From Verrucomicrobiota bacterium (GTDB lineage: Bacteria; Verrucomicrobiota; Verrucomicrobiia; Opitutales; Cerasicoccaceae): a DNA stretch of 64,000 bases. Within the stretch, counting starts at the first letter, position 1. Every line of letters begins with the position of its first letter. The notes beneath the pieces were generated by a model. It worked only from the letters and a program-made list of their open reading frames with translations, ran no database searches and was not told the origin of the DNA. A program made the position numbers and the translations under genes. The DNA lies in assembly GCA_039818205.1 (NCBI GenBank), contig JBCBUK010000005.1:32001-96000 (forward strand). Reading direction: 5' to 3'. Shown piece after piece: positions 9,673 to 20,693 of the stretch.

Positions 9673-11313
9673 ATGAATCTACGCCCCTGCTGCTTTTCAT
9701 TTATTCTCTTCTGTTTGTTTTCAGTTGTTTGTGCAGCTGAACCTGCGGACTCCATCATCAAGAACGCCGAGGCTGACCTGGCAAAATTTGAAGGCCAAGC
9801 TGATGGCTTAACCGCCGATCGCAAATCAAGCGTCCGCCGTTTACTCAAACTCGTGAATCTGGCGCACGAGCGGCTCGATAGCTCGAAGAATAAAGACGCC
9901 CCATCCTGGCAGAAAGCCAATGAACGATTTATAACACTGAAAACGCGCCTCAACGATCTTCTTACTCCCGACGAGAATAAATCCACTACCAGCCAAGCAA
10001 AACCGACGGCATCGACCTCAGCGGCGCCCAGTACTAGCACCACCGAATCCGCAGTCCGTCCACTTGTCTCGGGCGAGCGAGTGCGGGTCAAGAAACTGAT
10101 TCGCGACATCAATTCAGTAGACGAGTCGATTGTTACGACCGGCCCGTCACCACTTCAGGACTCGAATGAAGTCGCCAAGTATCAAAAGCGTATCAAGCAG
10201 TTCCAAGAGGCATTGCAACGGTATCCTCAGCTGGACGACCCCGATGTCCAGGCAGCTCGCCAAGCTTACAATGCCTTATTGAAGAAACTCGAAGGCGAAT
10301 ACAATCGAGCCCGTGGCCAAAGCCAAGAACTGGGCGATGTCCAAGCACGCCTCGCCACGATTCGTCAAAACTTCAACGACTACCCGGCCCCGAAGCCATT
10401 GGCTTTGCCGTTCGACGAGGTGGCAGCCCAGTCTTGGGTGAAGCAGGCTAGCCAAGCCCGAACAGTTGCCGACCACAACTTCAAGGAATTGAAGCAGATT
10501 GCCCCACTAGCCTATTTGCCGCAGACTGTCGGCACCCCTGAGAGCGGAGCGCCGTTTGATGCTTCGGATCTGCAGCGCATGCTAGCCTACTGCAGCACTC
10601 TCGTTAAAGAGGTTGAAGGGAGCTATGCAGCAACCGCGCAAAGCCTCGATAGCCGACTGAAGACGATCGAGTCAGATGTTGTGAACCGCTGGAACCTCGA
10701 CCCTAATGACCCGGAGAAGCGATGGCGCTTCATTGGGAAGGGCCAGGCTCTCGATGCTCATCAGGTCTTCGATGAAGCGATCACCATGGCACAGTCTTCA
10801 GTATACTTAGAAAGCGCACTGAACCGCGATACAAGCAAAGCGGAAGCGGTTATCTCGCAACTGCAAGACGCCAAATCCAGCTTCGACAAGAATGCGCAGA
10901 TTGCATTGCGGGAATCTCAGTTACCCAAGGCAGCTTCCAAGGATAGTGCTCGCCAAAAGATCGCAAAAGAAGTTCTGAAAAATCCTGATTATGAGTTCGG
11001 TGAGTTTGGGACCATCGTGCTAACGACACCCAAAATCATCGAGCGGGAGAAAAAGCATAGCGAACTCGAGATTGATGACGCAGAGGTGACTCTGGGCGGT
11101 GATCTTAAAGTTTCCGGTACAGAAACAACTTGGACCTACAAATGGGAAGAGTTTAAATTCGCTGTTCCACTAAAGGAATCAGACAGTGACATTTGGTATA
11201 TCTGGTGGATCACGGCTAAAAAATACTCGTCAGGCGGAAACCGCACTCCCATCGGCTATTGGGTTTCGGGTAAAGCCACTCAAGGCAATGAGATTTTGCC
11301 AGAGAACTTTTAG
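9673..11313 (+). CDS. Secreted alpha-helical hypothetical protein
   Basis: ~546-aa ORF from ATG 9673, signal peptide ending VVCA-AE, S/T-rich linker; no family recognised. Confidence 0.8.
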   Translation: MNLRPCCFSFILFCLFSVVCAAEPADSIIKNAEADLAKFEGQADGLTADRKSSVRRLLKLVNLAHERLDSSKNKDAPSWQKANERFITLKTRLNDLLTPDENKSTTSQAKPTASTSAAPSTSTTESAVRPLVSGERVRVKKLIRDINSVDESIVTTGPSPLQDSNEVAKYQKRIKQFQEALQRYPQLDDPDVQAARQAYNALLKKLEGEYNRARGQSQELGDVQARLATIRQNFNDYPAPKPLALPFDEVAAQSWVKQASQARTVADHNFKELKQIAPLAYLPQTVGTPESGAPFDASDLQRMLAYCSTLVKEVEGSYAATAQSLDSRLKTIESDVVNRWNLDPNDPEKRWRFIGKGQALDAHQVFDEAITMAQSSVYLESALNRDTSKAEAVISQLQDAKSSFDKNAQIALRESQLPKAASKDSARQKIAKEVLKNPDYEFGEFGTIVLTTPKIIEREKKHSELEIDDAEVTLGGDLKVSGTETTWTYKWEEFKFAVPLKESDSDIWYIWWITAKKYSSGGNRTPIGYWVSGKATQGNEILPENF

Positions 11314-11623
11314 GCTACCACACAGTTCGAGTTCAGCAAGGACTCCCTCGCTACCCACTACTTGGGCTCCTTGTGATCTAAATATGCTCCAAATTAACCA
11401 CGATTCTCAGGGTGGTATTTGGCTATGCGGAATTCTTTCACTTCTCCTGCGAGCGTGGAGATTTCAGGCGAGTGAAACGAGTTCTGAAAATCAACTTGTT
11501 AGCATTCATTCTTCACAACCCTCCAAGAAATCTGGGCTAGATCACAATCGTTGGCCAGGCGCTGCTGTTAGGAACCGACAGCTAGGCTTCGCGACAGTCG
11601 GCATCCGATCGATAGTGAGAGAG

Positions 11624-11845
11624 CTATTTCTTTTCGACCTGAACCAGGCGCTCCATCGCACCATCCAGGCTAGCGAACCACTCCGGATTTGTCCGGAAAA
11701 TCCACACGACTGCAAGGAGACCGACAATAACGACCCCAAGCCATCCAGTTTTTTTGACGAAAAGCCCAACTCCGACGACGCCGGCAATAACAAGAATAAC
11801 GGGTAGGTAGTGCTGTAGTTCAGCATTCACGACGCTCATAGTCAC
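11624..11845 (-). CDS. Small membrane protein (2 TM)
   Basis: 73-aa ORF with two hydrophobic helices separated by KKTG. Confidence 0.6.
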   Translation of the reverse strand: MTMSVVNAELQHYLPVILVIAGVVGVGLFVKKTGWLGVVIVGLLAVVWIFRTNPEWFASLDGAMERLVQVEKK

Positions 11846-12332
11846 CTTTTAGCGGCCCAAGTCAAGGATCCTGAAGCAATTATTAGGCACATCAGTAATA
11901 ATTTCCGGTCCAGATACCCTATTCGCTGCAGACTGCCTAAGTAAATCCAACCAGTACTTTCCTACTACTCACCGGTTACAGTTCAGAAAATTTGATAAAT
12001 TTGACGCCGTTAGTTCCGTAAGGTTGGCATCAAACGCCAAATTCTTACATTTACGTGAATAAAGAAATCAGAGTTGATGAAAAACCCGGTGCTTAACAAA
12101 GTGATATTATGATTTCGTCAATCTACCCGGGACAAACATCGCCAACCGGTGACACCCTGTCTTTTCAAATCGGGTACTCGCCTCGGGCTGTTGACCGATC
12201 ATATATCCACACTTCCAGTTCATCTGCTCGCTCATAGGTGCATCATCAATGCATCCGAAACAAGCCCGGAATGCTGACCCAATCCGAGGACGGACTTACC
12301 GCAACCGCCGCTAGAAATTCGATCCAATTACC

Positions 12333-15300
12333 ATGCCCGAGAAAAAAAAGAAAGGTGTCATTAAAAAAGTCTCAATCACGCTAGGAGTTCTGTTTTTGCT
12401 CTACGTTATCGGAGGATTTTGGGGCGTCCCGCTCGCCCTGCGCTATATTGGGCTGAGTAAGCTAAACGAAGCCGTGGCCGGAAGCGGCGAGGTCGAGGCT
12501 TTCCGATTCAACCCATTCACTTGGGAGTTGAAGATTGAAGGCCTAACTGGGCGCACCCCCGATGGTGAGACGGCACTCTCATTCGAAGAATTTTCAGTCC
12601 AGGTTCAGCCATTCTCGGTTTTCGCCGACGCCTACGAAATCAAATCCATCTTATTGAAGGCACCTCAGCTCAACCTGATCGTCGACAAGAATGGCCAAAT
12701 CAATATCCAGTCTGCCATCGGCAAAATCCAGGAGCAGGTGGACGAAATGCAGGCCGAGCAAGCCGAGAAACAAGCCGAGAGTGACGAGCCCTTTGTCATC
12801 CCAGCTATCGTCATCAACCAGCTCCAAGTCATCGAGGCTGGAGCGAAAATTCAGATCGACTCCCTGTCCGAGCCGTTTGTTCGTGAGATACAGCACGTAT
12901 CCTTTGAGATGAACAACGTCAGCACGGATGCCCTCCACGAGAACCCCTATGACTTTGAACTCTCGACGGCTCGGGGCGAGACGCTATCGGTCAACGGAAA
13001 CATCAAGCTCGACCCCCTGAGCTCGCAGGGAAAAATTGAACTGAAAGACCTCTCGCTCGCCGATTTCTCGGCCTTCGCGGGCGACCAAATTGGACTGGCC
13101 GTCACCGATGGCAGCCTAAGCGTTGGCTTCGACTACGCCTTCATCCCGCTCGGCAACAATCCAAACCTGGGTATCACCAATGGGTCCATTGATCTGACCG
13201 AGTTCGCGCTGACCGCCAATGAAGAATCCGAACCCTTTCAAACGATTAGCTCGATGTCGATTGACGGGTTGGCCTTCAACATTCTCAAGGAAGACATTTC
13301 GCTCGAATCCTTTGAAATCCGTGACAGCTCATTGACCGTAGTGCGCGACTCCGACGGGCTATTGAGCCTGCTCAAATACGTAACGACCGCCGAGCAGCAG
13401 GAGGCGATTGCCGCCCAAGCCCAAGGTGAGAAACAAGCGGAAGCAAAGACTCAAGCCCGCGAAATTCGACTCGGGGTGGTGTCCGACGATCAAGACTTGG
13501 GCGTCGCCCTGACTTCTGCTTGGAATCAAATTCAGCAATTGGTCGAAATCAAATGGAACCTCGCAGCAGGCAAAGTTCTTGTGTCCAATCAAAGCTTGGT
13601 CTGGCGGGACGAGTTTCTCGCCCGACCAGCCGAGTTACGTTTCACCGAAATAAATCTGGAAGCGACCGAGCTGACAAACCAGGAGAACGCGCCGTTCCCC
13701 TACAAGCTCAGTCTGAAGATGAACGATAGCGGCACGATCGATCTCGATGGCACGTTTACACCGACGCCCGCCGCCTCGGTCTTCAATTTCGATGTCGCGA
13801 CGCTGCCCTTAGTTGAGATCAGCCCTTACCTTGACCCTCTGGCGCCCGTGCGGCTCAACAGCGGTGCGCTTTCGGCGCAGGGCGATGGCAACATTGCCTT
13901 TCCCGATCAAGTGGTTCCTGAACTCACCGCTGAAGTATCGAGCGGGAGCCTGGCTGATTTGCAGATCGACTGGGCTGAACCAGCGGGCCCACTATTAAAG
14001 TGGTCGAACTTCAGCTTTAGCGGCATCACAGCCAAGACAGATCCGATGTCGGCGACAATTTCAGAGGTCACTCTAGAGCAACCCGAAATTTGGATCGAGC
14101 GTCTGGAGGATGGTTCATTGCGCCTTCCACTTCCAGCAGGCAACGCGGCCGAACCAAGCGCCGCGCCTACGAGTGACTCGACGCCCGCCCGAGAACCCGC
14201 CGAGTCCGCACCCGCGTTTTCGGCGATGCTGACTTCCTTCAAGATGAGTGGCGCCAAAGCCAACATCAAAGATCAATCGGTTAGCCCAGCCGTCGCCTTC
14301 TCGGTGACCGAGGTTCAAATGGAGGCCGGCCCCCTTGCCTATCCTGATGTGCAACCACTCAAGTTTGATATCGGCTCCAAGCTTGCCGATGGGCCGTCGG
14401 GAACCGTCAAAATTAAAGGAGCACTGGAGCCACTGAAACCACTGGAGGCAACCGAGATCTCGATCTCAACGGCTGGTGTAACGCTTCCTCCATTTAGCGC
14501 CTACGCAGTCTCAATCATTGGCCAACCACCGACCAGCGGAAGCGTCACCTCGAAGCTCGACTACAAAATCACGAGTGGACAAATCGACGGAGCCAACGAC
14601 ATCAAAATCAAAAGCATGGTTTTTGGCCCGCGCCCGGAGAACACGGATGCGCCCGACCTTCCCCTGGAACTGGGAGTCGCAATCTTGGAAGACAGCAACG
14701 GCGTAATGAACATCGACATTCCCGTCCAAGGAAACACCAACGATCCGGAGTTCACGATCGACCGGATGATTCAATACGCAATCGGCAACGTGATTGAGAA
14801 GTTAGCCAGTGCACCATTCGAGGCACTCGGCGGAATCTTCCCTGGCGAGGACGGCGACCCAGCTGACTATGTCGCATTCGAGCCCGGCCAATCCTCGCTG
14901 AGCGTCGAAGCCACCGAAGGCTTAGCCAAACTAGCTGAGGTGCTCCTCGATCGCCCTCTCCTCAAGCTCGAGCTCATTCCTTCGATTGCCCCAGAAGAGG
15001 ATCTTGGTACCCTGCGCACGATCGCCTACCAGGCTGCAATCGACGCCCGGAAATCACAGGGCGACAACGACCAGCAGGCACTCGAGTCGCTATACGATGC
15101 GCTTCCCGACAACTTGAAGCTGCCGGCCGGTAGCGAGATTACACCAGCGTCCATGGAGCAAGTCGTCCGCCTGTCCATGCCTGTCAGCGGCGAACAGCTT
15201 TCAACACTGGCACAGACTCGGGTTGAGGTGGTGCAGAGCGCTCTCCTCGCGAGTGGCACGCTCGATGCCAGCCGCATCACGGTCTCGGCGCCGGAGGGAG

Positions 15301-15356
15301 CGGCCTACCTTGAGGAAGGTGCCCAGGTCAAATTCGGCCTCAGCGCCGGGGAATAG
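12333..15356 (+). CDS. DUF748 domain-containing protein (AsmA-like) with OmpA-like C-terminus
   Basis: N-terminal anchor LYVIGGFWGVP, FNPFTWEL, LPLELGVAILEDSNGVMNIDIPVQGNTNDPEF, FEPGQSSL. Confidence 0.85.
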   Translation: MPEKKKKGVIKKVSITLGVLFLLYVIGGFWGVPLALRYIGLSKLNEAVAGSGEVEAFRFNPFTWELKIEGLTGRTPDGETALSFEEFSVQVQPFSVFADAYEIKSILLKAPQLNLIVDKNGQINIQSAIGKIQEQVDEMQAEQAEKQAESDEPFVIPAIVINQLQVIEAGAKIQIDSLSEPFVREIQHVSFEMNNVSTDALHENPYDFELSTARGETLSVNGNIKLDPLSSQGKIELKDLSLADFSAFAGDQIGLAVTDGSLSVGFDYAFIPLGNNPNLGITNGSIDLTEFALTANEESEPFQTISSMSIDGLAFNILKEDISLESFEIRDSSLTVVRDSDGLLSLLKYVTTAEQQEAIAAQAQGEKQAEAKTQAREIRLGVVSDDQDLGVALTSAWNQIQQLVEIKWNLAAGKVLVSNQSLVWRDEFLARPAELRFTEINLEATELTNQENAPFPYKLSLKMNDSGTIDLDGTFTPTPAASVFNFDVATLPLVEISPYLDPLAPVRLNSGALSAQGDGNIAFPDQVVPELTAEVSSGSLADLQIDWAEPAGPLLKWSNFSFSGITAKTDPMSATISEVTLEQPEIWIERLEDGSLRLPLPAGNAAEPSAAPTSDSTPAREPAESAPAFSAMLTSFKMSGAKANIKDQSVSPAVAFSVTEVQMEAGPLAYPDVQPLKFDIGSKLADGPSGTVKIKGALEPLKPLEATEISISTAGVTLPPFSAYAVSIIGQPPTSGSVTSKLDYKITSGQIDGANDIKIKSMVFGPRPENTDAPDLPLELGVAILEDSNGVMNIDIPVQGNTNDPEFTIDRMIQYAIGNVIEKLASAPFEALGGIFPGEDGDPADYVAFEPGQSSLSVEATEGLAKLAEVLLDRPLLKLELIPSIAPEEDLGTLRTIAYQAAIDARKSQGDNDQQALESLYDALPDNLKLPAGSEITPASMEQVVRLSMPVSGEQLSTLAQTRVEVVQSALLASGTLDASRITVSAPEGAAYLEEGAQVKFGLSAGE

Positions 15357-15416
15357 TTTTCGCCTGACCAGCTTTTGCTTGCCATGCGGGGTGTGCCCGC
15401 ATCCACTGGATCGCTT

Positions 15417-16628
15417 GTGAAAAAGACCGCTCTTAGTCAACCCGACTACTTTGTCGCCATTTGCCGCGCCGGCCTCGAGCCTGTTGTCGAGGCGGAGCTC
15501 AAGGCCTGGGACCTGAAAATCGCGTTCTCGGGCAACCGTATGGTCGCCTTCCACGGAAGTGACGAAGACTTCTATCGGGCAAACATGGGGCTCCGATCCG
15601 CACTATCGATCCTCAAGCCACTCCGCAGATTTCACGCGCGCAATACCGACATGCTGTATTTCCAGTCGCGCAAGGTGAACTGGCACCAACTCTTCCCCGT
15701 GGATTCGACCATCCGCATTGACCTGAAGGGTGATTGGGGCCGCTTCGGCAACGAGCGCTTCTCACTCTACCGGATCAAGGACGCCATTGTCGACACCTTC
15801 AAGAAACTGTGCGGCGAACGGCCCTCGGTCGCGACGCGGGACGCCGACATCCACATTGTCGCATTCGCCATGAAGGACGAGGTAACGCTGTATCTTGATG
15901 GCTCCGGAGAACCACTTTTTAAACGTGGATATCGGTGGGAACACGGAGAAGCACCGCTCAAGGAAGACCTGGCCGCTGGCATGCTCCAGCTCGTCGGCTG
16001 GGATGGCTCGACCGACCTAATAGATCCTTTATGTGGAAGCGGCACATTTCTATTCGAAGGTTTTCTACTGGCAAACCGCATTGCCCCAAATCTCGATCGC
16101 GAATTTTCCTTTCAGAAATGGGATTCGTTTAACTTGCCCGCATACCGGCGCGCGAAGCGGTCGCTCGAGGAAGCCCAGCGCGATGCGGACATCAAGATCG
16201 TTGGCTACGAAGCCGACTCGGAAACATTCAATATAATGCAGCGCATCGCGCAGCGCAGTTTCCCGGCCGGTGCGTTTTCCCTGCATCCGAAAAATTTCCA
16301 AGAGGGAACGCAGAGATCGCCTGAAGCCCAAATCATCACGAACCCACCGTACGGAGTGCGGCTCAAGCCCGACGATCTCAACGCGGTTTACCGGGATCTC
16401 GGCACATTTTTCAAGGACTCGGTTCCCGGAGGCAAAGCCGCGCTGATCACGGCGGCGATGGAAGCCGCGGTTTACGTTGGCTTACCCGTCAAAGAAAAGT
16501 GGCGACTGTTCAATGGCGCAATCGAGTGTCGGTTTTTCGCCTACGATGTCCCAGTGCCCAAGCTTCGAGAAGACGAAGAACCGAAGCCCGAGGTTGCCGA
16601 GGACGAAAAACCGGAGGCTATTGAATGA
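15417..16628 (+). CDS. THUMP-domain class I SAM-dependent rRNA methyltransferase (RlmL/YpsC-like)
   Basis: LFKRGYR, APLKEDLAAGML, DPLCGSGT, ITNPPYG motifs; start uncertain (ORF open from 15375). Confidence 0.9.
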   Translation: MKKTALSQPDYFVAICRAGLEPVVEAELKAWDLKIAFSGNRMVAFHGSDEDFYRANMGLRSALSILKPLRRFHARNTDMLYFQSRKVNWHQLFPVDSTIRIDLKGDWGRFGNERFSLYRIKDAIVDTFKKLCGERPSVATRDADIHIVAFAMKDEVTLYLDGSGEPLFKRGYRWEHGEAPLKEDLAAGMLQLVGWDGSTDLIDPLCGSGTFLFEGFLLANRIAPNLDREFSFQKWDSFNLPAYRRAKRSLEEAQRDADIKIVGYEADSETFNIMQRIAQRSFPAGAFSLHPKNFQEGTQRSPEAQIITNPPYGVRLKPDDLNAVYRDLGTFFKDSVPGGKAALITAAMEAAVYVGLPVKEKWRLFNGAIECRFFAYDVPVPKLREDEEPKPEVAEDEKPEAIE

Positions 16629-17212
16629 AGCTCGGCCTGAGCGGTGGTATTGGCTGCGGAAAATCGACTGTCGGACGGCTTTTTGCCGAACTGGGTTGGA
16701 AACGCCTGGATTCCGACGAAATCGTGCGGGAAATTCTAAACCAAGACTCCGCAGTGCATGAAGCCGTCAAGACACGCTGGGGATCCGGCGCCATTACCAC
16801 GGATCAAAGCCTCGACCGAGCCTATATCGCCCAGCAAGTATTCCACAATCAAGCCGAACTGCGATGGTGGGAAGGTGTTCTCCATCCGCGAGTTAGGGAA
16901 ATTTGGCAAGGCGCCTTGGCCGCTGAACCCGAACGGAATTGGCTCATTGAGATTCCACTCCTATTTGAAAACGACCTGGAATCTCACTTTGATTTTACTA
17001 TTTGCGTGGAAGCCGACCAAGAAACACAACTTCGCCGTTTGGCGGTTAAAGGGCTTGACCGTGAGCAATCGCTGTCCAGAATCAATAACCAGTTACCGGT
17101 TTTAGCTAAGGTTAAACGTGCAGACTACGTTCTCTCTAATGCCGGTTCACTTGAGTTCTTGAAGCGCCAGGTTGGGCGTTTGTCTGGATTGCTGCAAAGC
17201 GCCCCGCAATAA
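16625..17212 (+). CDS. coaE: Dephospho-CoA kinase
   Basis: GLSGGIGCGKSTV P-loop, LHPRV, EIPLLFE; overlaps upstream stop (ATGA). Confidence 0.95.
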   Translation: MKLGLSGGIGCGKSTVGRLFAELGWKRLDSDEIVREILNQDSAVHEAVKTRWGSGAITTDQSLDRAYIAQQVFHNQAELRWWEGVLHPRVREIWQGALAAEPERNWLIEIPLLFENDLESHFDFTICVEADQETQLRRLAVKGLDREQSLSRINNQLPVLAKVKRADYVLSNAGSLEFLKRQVGRLSGLLQSAPQ

Positions 17213-17301
17213 CTATTTAACGTATGTGAATTCTACTGGCGATGATGCCGGTGAATTTCTCCTGATCCGGAAGTTTTCTATTTCCTGTATTGTTTTCATC
17301 C

Positions 17302-19296
17302 ATGAGTGACACTGAAGAGCAACTACTCGATCTACCCGAAGTCGAGGACCACTCTGAGCAATCTGCTCCTAAGAAAAAGGTAGCCCGCAAGCGAGCCACC
17401 AAAAAGACGGCCCGCAAAGCAGCGAAAAAAGCCACCAAGAAAGCGGCCAAGAAAAAAGCCGCGGCCAAGGACGAAGACATTCCGGAGGTATTTTCGGCCG
17501 ATCCCGATGACATCGATGATTACGGTGATCGCGAAGCCCGCGAAGAACGCCAGCACCAGGTCGCAGAGGCGAGCGCTCCCGTAGAGGACGCTCCAGCCAA
17601 AGAGCCGGCAGCCACGCCTCCAGCGGAGTCTCCCGACGAACGCCATTCAAGCGAATCGGATTCGGATGACTACCACCCGCGTGCAAAGCGGGAACACAAC
17701 CAACGCCACGGTCAACGCAACGACCACGGTCAACGTAATGACCAGGGCCAACGCAACGAGCACGGTCAACGCCGCGGAAACCAGCACCAGAAGGGTGGCA
17801 AAGGAAACAATCCGCGCTTCGACAAATCCAAACAGAAATTTAAGAAGAAAGAGAAGTTCAGCAAGGGCGGCAACTTCAAGAAGAAGGGTGGCACTTGGCA
17901 AAAAGACTTCTCCGCCGCAAGCGAAGAAGACGTCGACCCGCCGAACTTCGAAAGTCTTACCGAGTGGGACGTACTGCGGGACCCAGACGCACTCCGCAAC
18001 CTGGTCGATGAAGTCAATCAGGACGACGCCCTCGATTACAACGAGATCTATGGCTTGAAACTACCGGATCTTGAACATTGGGCCCGCGACAATGAGGTGT
18101 CCTGGGACGGGCCACCCAATCGCAAGAAGATTATCCGCGCCATTCTGGACAAGGCAGGAGAAGAGAATCGCGCCATCAAAGCTACGGGAATCGTCGAGGC
18201 TCTCGAAGATGGCTTTGGCTTCCTCGTTTTCGCCATCGATAGTTTCCGCCTCAAAACCGAGAGTCCCTACATCGCCGGATCGCTATTTAACCAGTTTGGT
18301 CTGCAGCGCGGCCATGAAATTGAGGTCATTCTGCAGGCACCGCGCGAAGAAGACACCACACCCTGTGTCGTTCAGGTCGAAACCGTAATGGGTATGGAAC
18401 CTGAAACTGCCCAGCACTTGACCCCATTCAAAGAGCTGGTCCCCTACTATCCAACCGAGCGCATCATGATGGAGTCCGAGGAAGGACGCCTCGGCAAGTG
18501 GGATAACATTTCAATGCGGATTGTCGATTTGCTCAGCCCCGTGGGCCTTGGCCAACGCGGCTTGATCGTCGCCCCGCCCCGCACCGGTAAGACGGTTCTC
18601 TTGCAGGGCATTGCCAATGCAATTCGTGCAAACAAGCCCGAGGTGAAGTTGATTGTCCTGCTCGTCGATGAACGCCCGGAAGAAGTCACCGACTTCCGCC
18701 GCAGCGTCAAGGGAGCTGAGGTCATCGCGTCGACCTTTGACGAATCTGCCGAAAGCCATGTCCACGCTGCGGAAATGGTTTGTGAGAAATCACGCCGCAT
18801 GGTCGAAGCCGGCCAGGATGTCATCATCCTCCTCGATTCGATCACTCGACTGGCACGTGCCTACAACACGACCATGCCCAATAGCGGCAAGATTCTTTCC
18901 GGCGGTGTCGAGGCCAGCGCCTTGCAAAAGCCGAAGCGCTTTTTCGGATCGGCCAGAAACATTGAAGATGGTGGAAGCCTAACGATTCTGGGTACGGCCT
19001 TGGTCGAAACCGGCAGCAAGATGGATGAAGTGATCTTCGAGGAATTCAAGGGCACCGGTAACATGGAGCTGCACCTTGATCGTGAGCTCTCCAACAAACG
19101 CGTGTTCCCCGCCCTTTCCTTCGAGAAAAGCGGTACTCGTAAGGAAGAGCTGCTTTATCACCCAGATGAAATGCAGAAGGTTTATGGTCTACGCCGTGCG
19201 ATGAAGGGCGTCGGATCCGTCGAAGCGATGGAGATGCTGATCCAGCGAGTCAAAAAGACGAAGACCAATGCTCAGTTCCTGATGTCACTTCGATAA
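17302..19296 (+). CDS. rho: Transcription termination factor Rho with long N-terminal low-complexity insertion
   Basis: [58 protein letters not shown]. Confidence 0.97.
   Translation: MSDTEEQLLDLPEVEDHSEQSAPKKKVARKRATKKTARKAAKKATKKAAKKKAAAKDEDIPEVFSADPDDIDDYGDREAREERQHQVAEASAPVEDAPAKEPAATPPAESPDERHSSESDSDDYHPRAKREHNQRHGQRNDHGQRNDQGQRNEHGQRRGNQHQKGGKGNNPRFDKSKQKFKKKEKFSKGGNFKKKGGTWQKDFSAASEEDVDPPNFESLTEWDVLRDPDALRNLVDEVNQDDALDYNEIYGLKLPDLEHWARDNEVSWDGPPNRKKIIRAILDKAGEENRAIKATGIVEALEDGFGFLVFAIDSFRLKTESPYIAGSLFNQFGLQRGHEIEVILQAPREEDTTPCVVQVETVMGMEPETAQHLTPFKELVPYYPTERIMMESEEGRLGKWDNISMRIVDLLSPVGLGQRGLIVAPPRTGKTVLLQGIANAIRANKPEVKLIVLLVDERPEEVTDFRRSVKGAEVIASTFDESAESHVHAAEMVCEKSRRMVEAGQDVIILLDSITRLARAYNTTMPNSGKILSGGVEASALQKPKRFFGSARNIEDGGSLTILGTALVETGSKMDEVIFEEFKGTGNMELHLDRELSNKRVFPALSFEKSGTRKEELLYHPDEMQKVYGLRRAMKGVGSVEAMEMLIQRVKKTKTNAQFLMSLR
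17707..17772 (+). repeat. 18-bp coding tandem repeat (HGQRND-like x3.7) in rho
   Basis: cacggtcaacgcaacgac / cacggtcaacgtaatgac / cagggccaacgcaacgag / cacggtcaacgc. Confidence 0.85.
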
Positions 19297-19364
19297 GCTG
19301 CCTTGTTTAATACTTTGTAAAACAAAGTTTTGAACAGATTGAGTGGACCGTAGTCATACCCTTC

Positions 19365-20084
19365 ATGAGGGTGTTACTAATCTGTTTATCGAGTTTTCTC
19401 ACGTTTATTCTGGCTGCAATCATTGTGGCCAAGCCCTGGGTTACAATTCATCACACAAAACCCATTGTAGTTAAAGGCTATGCAGAGCAACCAGTTCATG
19501 CCGACACCGGAAGCCTGACGGCATCAGTCCAATCCACTGGACAAAGCAACGCAGACGCTTACCGGCACGCGGGAAGGTCACTGGAGCGGGTTCATCAACT
19601 GGCAACCGAGATCCTGGGGGAGGATTTTGCTCTTATTGAACTGCCTGCTTCGGTCTATCCGGTCAACAAACTCAATGCCCAAGGTAAAAAAACCAACTTC
19701 GTGGACTTCTACAGTGCGTCGCGAAGCTACCGTTTCGATACGGACAACGTCCAAGGCCTGGAGAAGCTCGGGCGAGCCCTGTATGATCTCAATGCCGAGA
19801 GCATCAATATCAACGTCAACGGCCCTGAGTTCTTCATCAGCAATCTGGATGAAATTAAATTGAATCTAGTAAAAGCAGCGACTGCCAACGGCAAGGAGCG
19901 GGCCCAGATTATGGCGAGCAGTTCAGGCGAGGACCTAGGATCTCTGGTTGCCGCGAGACAAGGCGTCATCCAGATAACTAAGACCAACTCAACCGAAACC
20001 TCGAGCTGGGGCATGTATGATACGCAGACCATTGATAAAGTTGTTAAACTGGTGGTGACGCTCGAATACGACATCGGCAGTTAG
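19365..20084 (+). CDS. SIMPL (DUF541) domain protein
   Basis: IVVKGYAEQPV, ATANGKERAQIMA, LVAARQGVIQIT, YDTQTIDKVVKLVV. Confidence 0.85.
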   Translation: MRVLLICLSSFLTFILAAIIVAKPWVTIHHTKPIVVKGYAEQPVHADTGSLTASVQSTGQSNADAYRHAGRSLERVHQLATEILGEDFALIELPASVYPVNKLNAQGKKTNFVDFYSASRSYRFDTDNVQGLEKLGRALYDLNAESININVNGPEFFISNLDEIKLNLVKAATANGKERAQIMASSSGEDLGSLVAARQGVIQITKTNSTETSSWGMYDTQTIDKVVKLVVTLEYDIGS

Positions 20085-20132
20085 GCGCTTTTCGTTGTCT
20101 CCGCCAGTGTTTCGTTAAATCGTGAATCCACC

Positions 20133-20693
20133 ATGATTCTTGATCTACTGCGGAATCCGCCGGACGGCATGAAACCCCAATTCGCCAGCAACGATACCTT
20201 CGCCATCGAGTACCGGCGCAGCGGCATGGGGTGCATGAACGTTTTCCTGATGGTCTGGTTAGCCATCTGGACCGCTGGCTGCGTGCTGATGATTCGCACT
20301 CGCATTCCCGAATGGCGCCAAGAGGGTACCGATGTCGTCCCCATTCCCGTGATCCTACTCTTCTGGGCCTTTGAGTTCGTCGTTGCTGGCATCCTGCTCT
20401 ACTTGCTTTTCTGCCGCAAAAGCTTTCTATTCGACGAGCAGCATATGGTCTTGGAAACACGGGTGCTGTTTTACAAAAAGGCTCGGATATATCCACGTAA
20501 TCAGATCCAGCAGCTCGTGCAATTCAAGGATGGCGGCGGAGGAGACGACAGCTTTCCGAGCTGGGGGCTAAAACTAGTCCACGAAGGAAAGAAGCATGGG
20601 CTCATTCACCGCCAGCCCCACGAAAAGAGCCAATGGCTAGGGAGTGTCATCGCAGCATGGGCTGGGGTATCCTTTGTGGGAGTGCCAGAATAG
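20133..20693 (+). CDS. Hypothetical membrane protein
   Basis: 186-aa ORF with two TM segments. Confidence 0.75.
   Translation: MILDLLRNPPDGMKPQFASNDTFAIEYRRSGMGCMNVFLMVWLAIWTAGCVLMIRTRIPEWRQEGTDVVPIPVILLFWAFEFVVAGILLYLLFCRKSFLFDEQHMVLETRVLFYKKARIYPRNQIQQLVQFKDGGGGDDSFPSWGLKLVHEGKKHGLIHRQPHEKSQWLGSVIAAWAGVSFVGVPE

Noticed and set aside
12109..12300. Structured leader or 42-aa ORF upstream of the DUF748 gene
   Set aside because: Pairings are short (5-6 bp) and could be chance; the small ORF has no recognisable features
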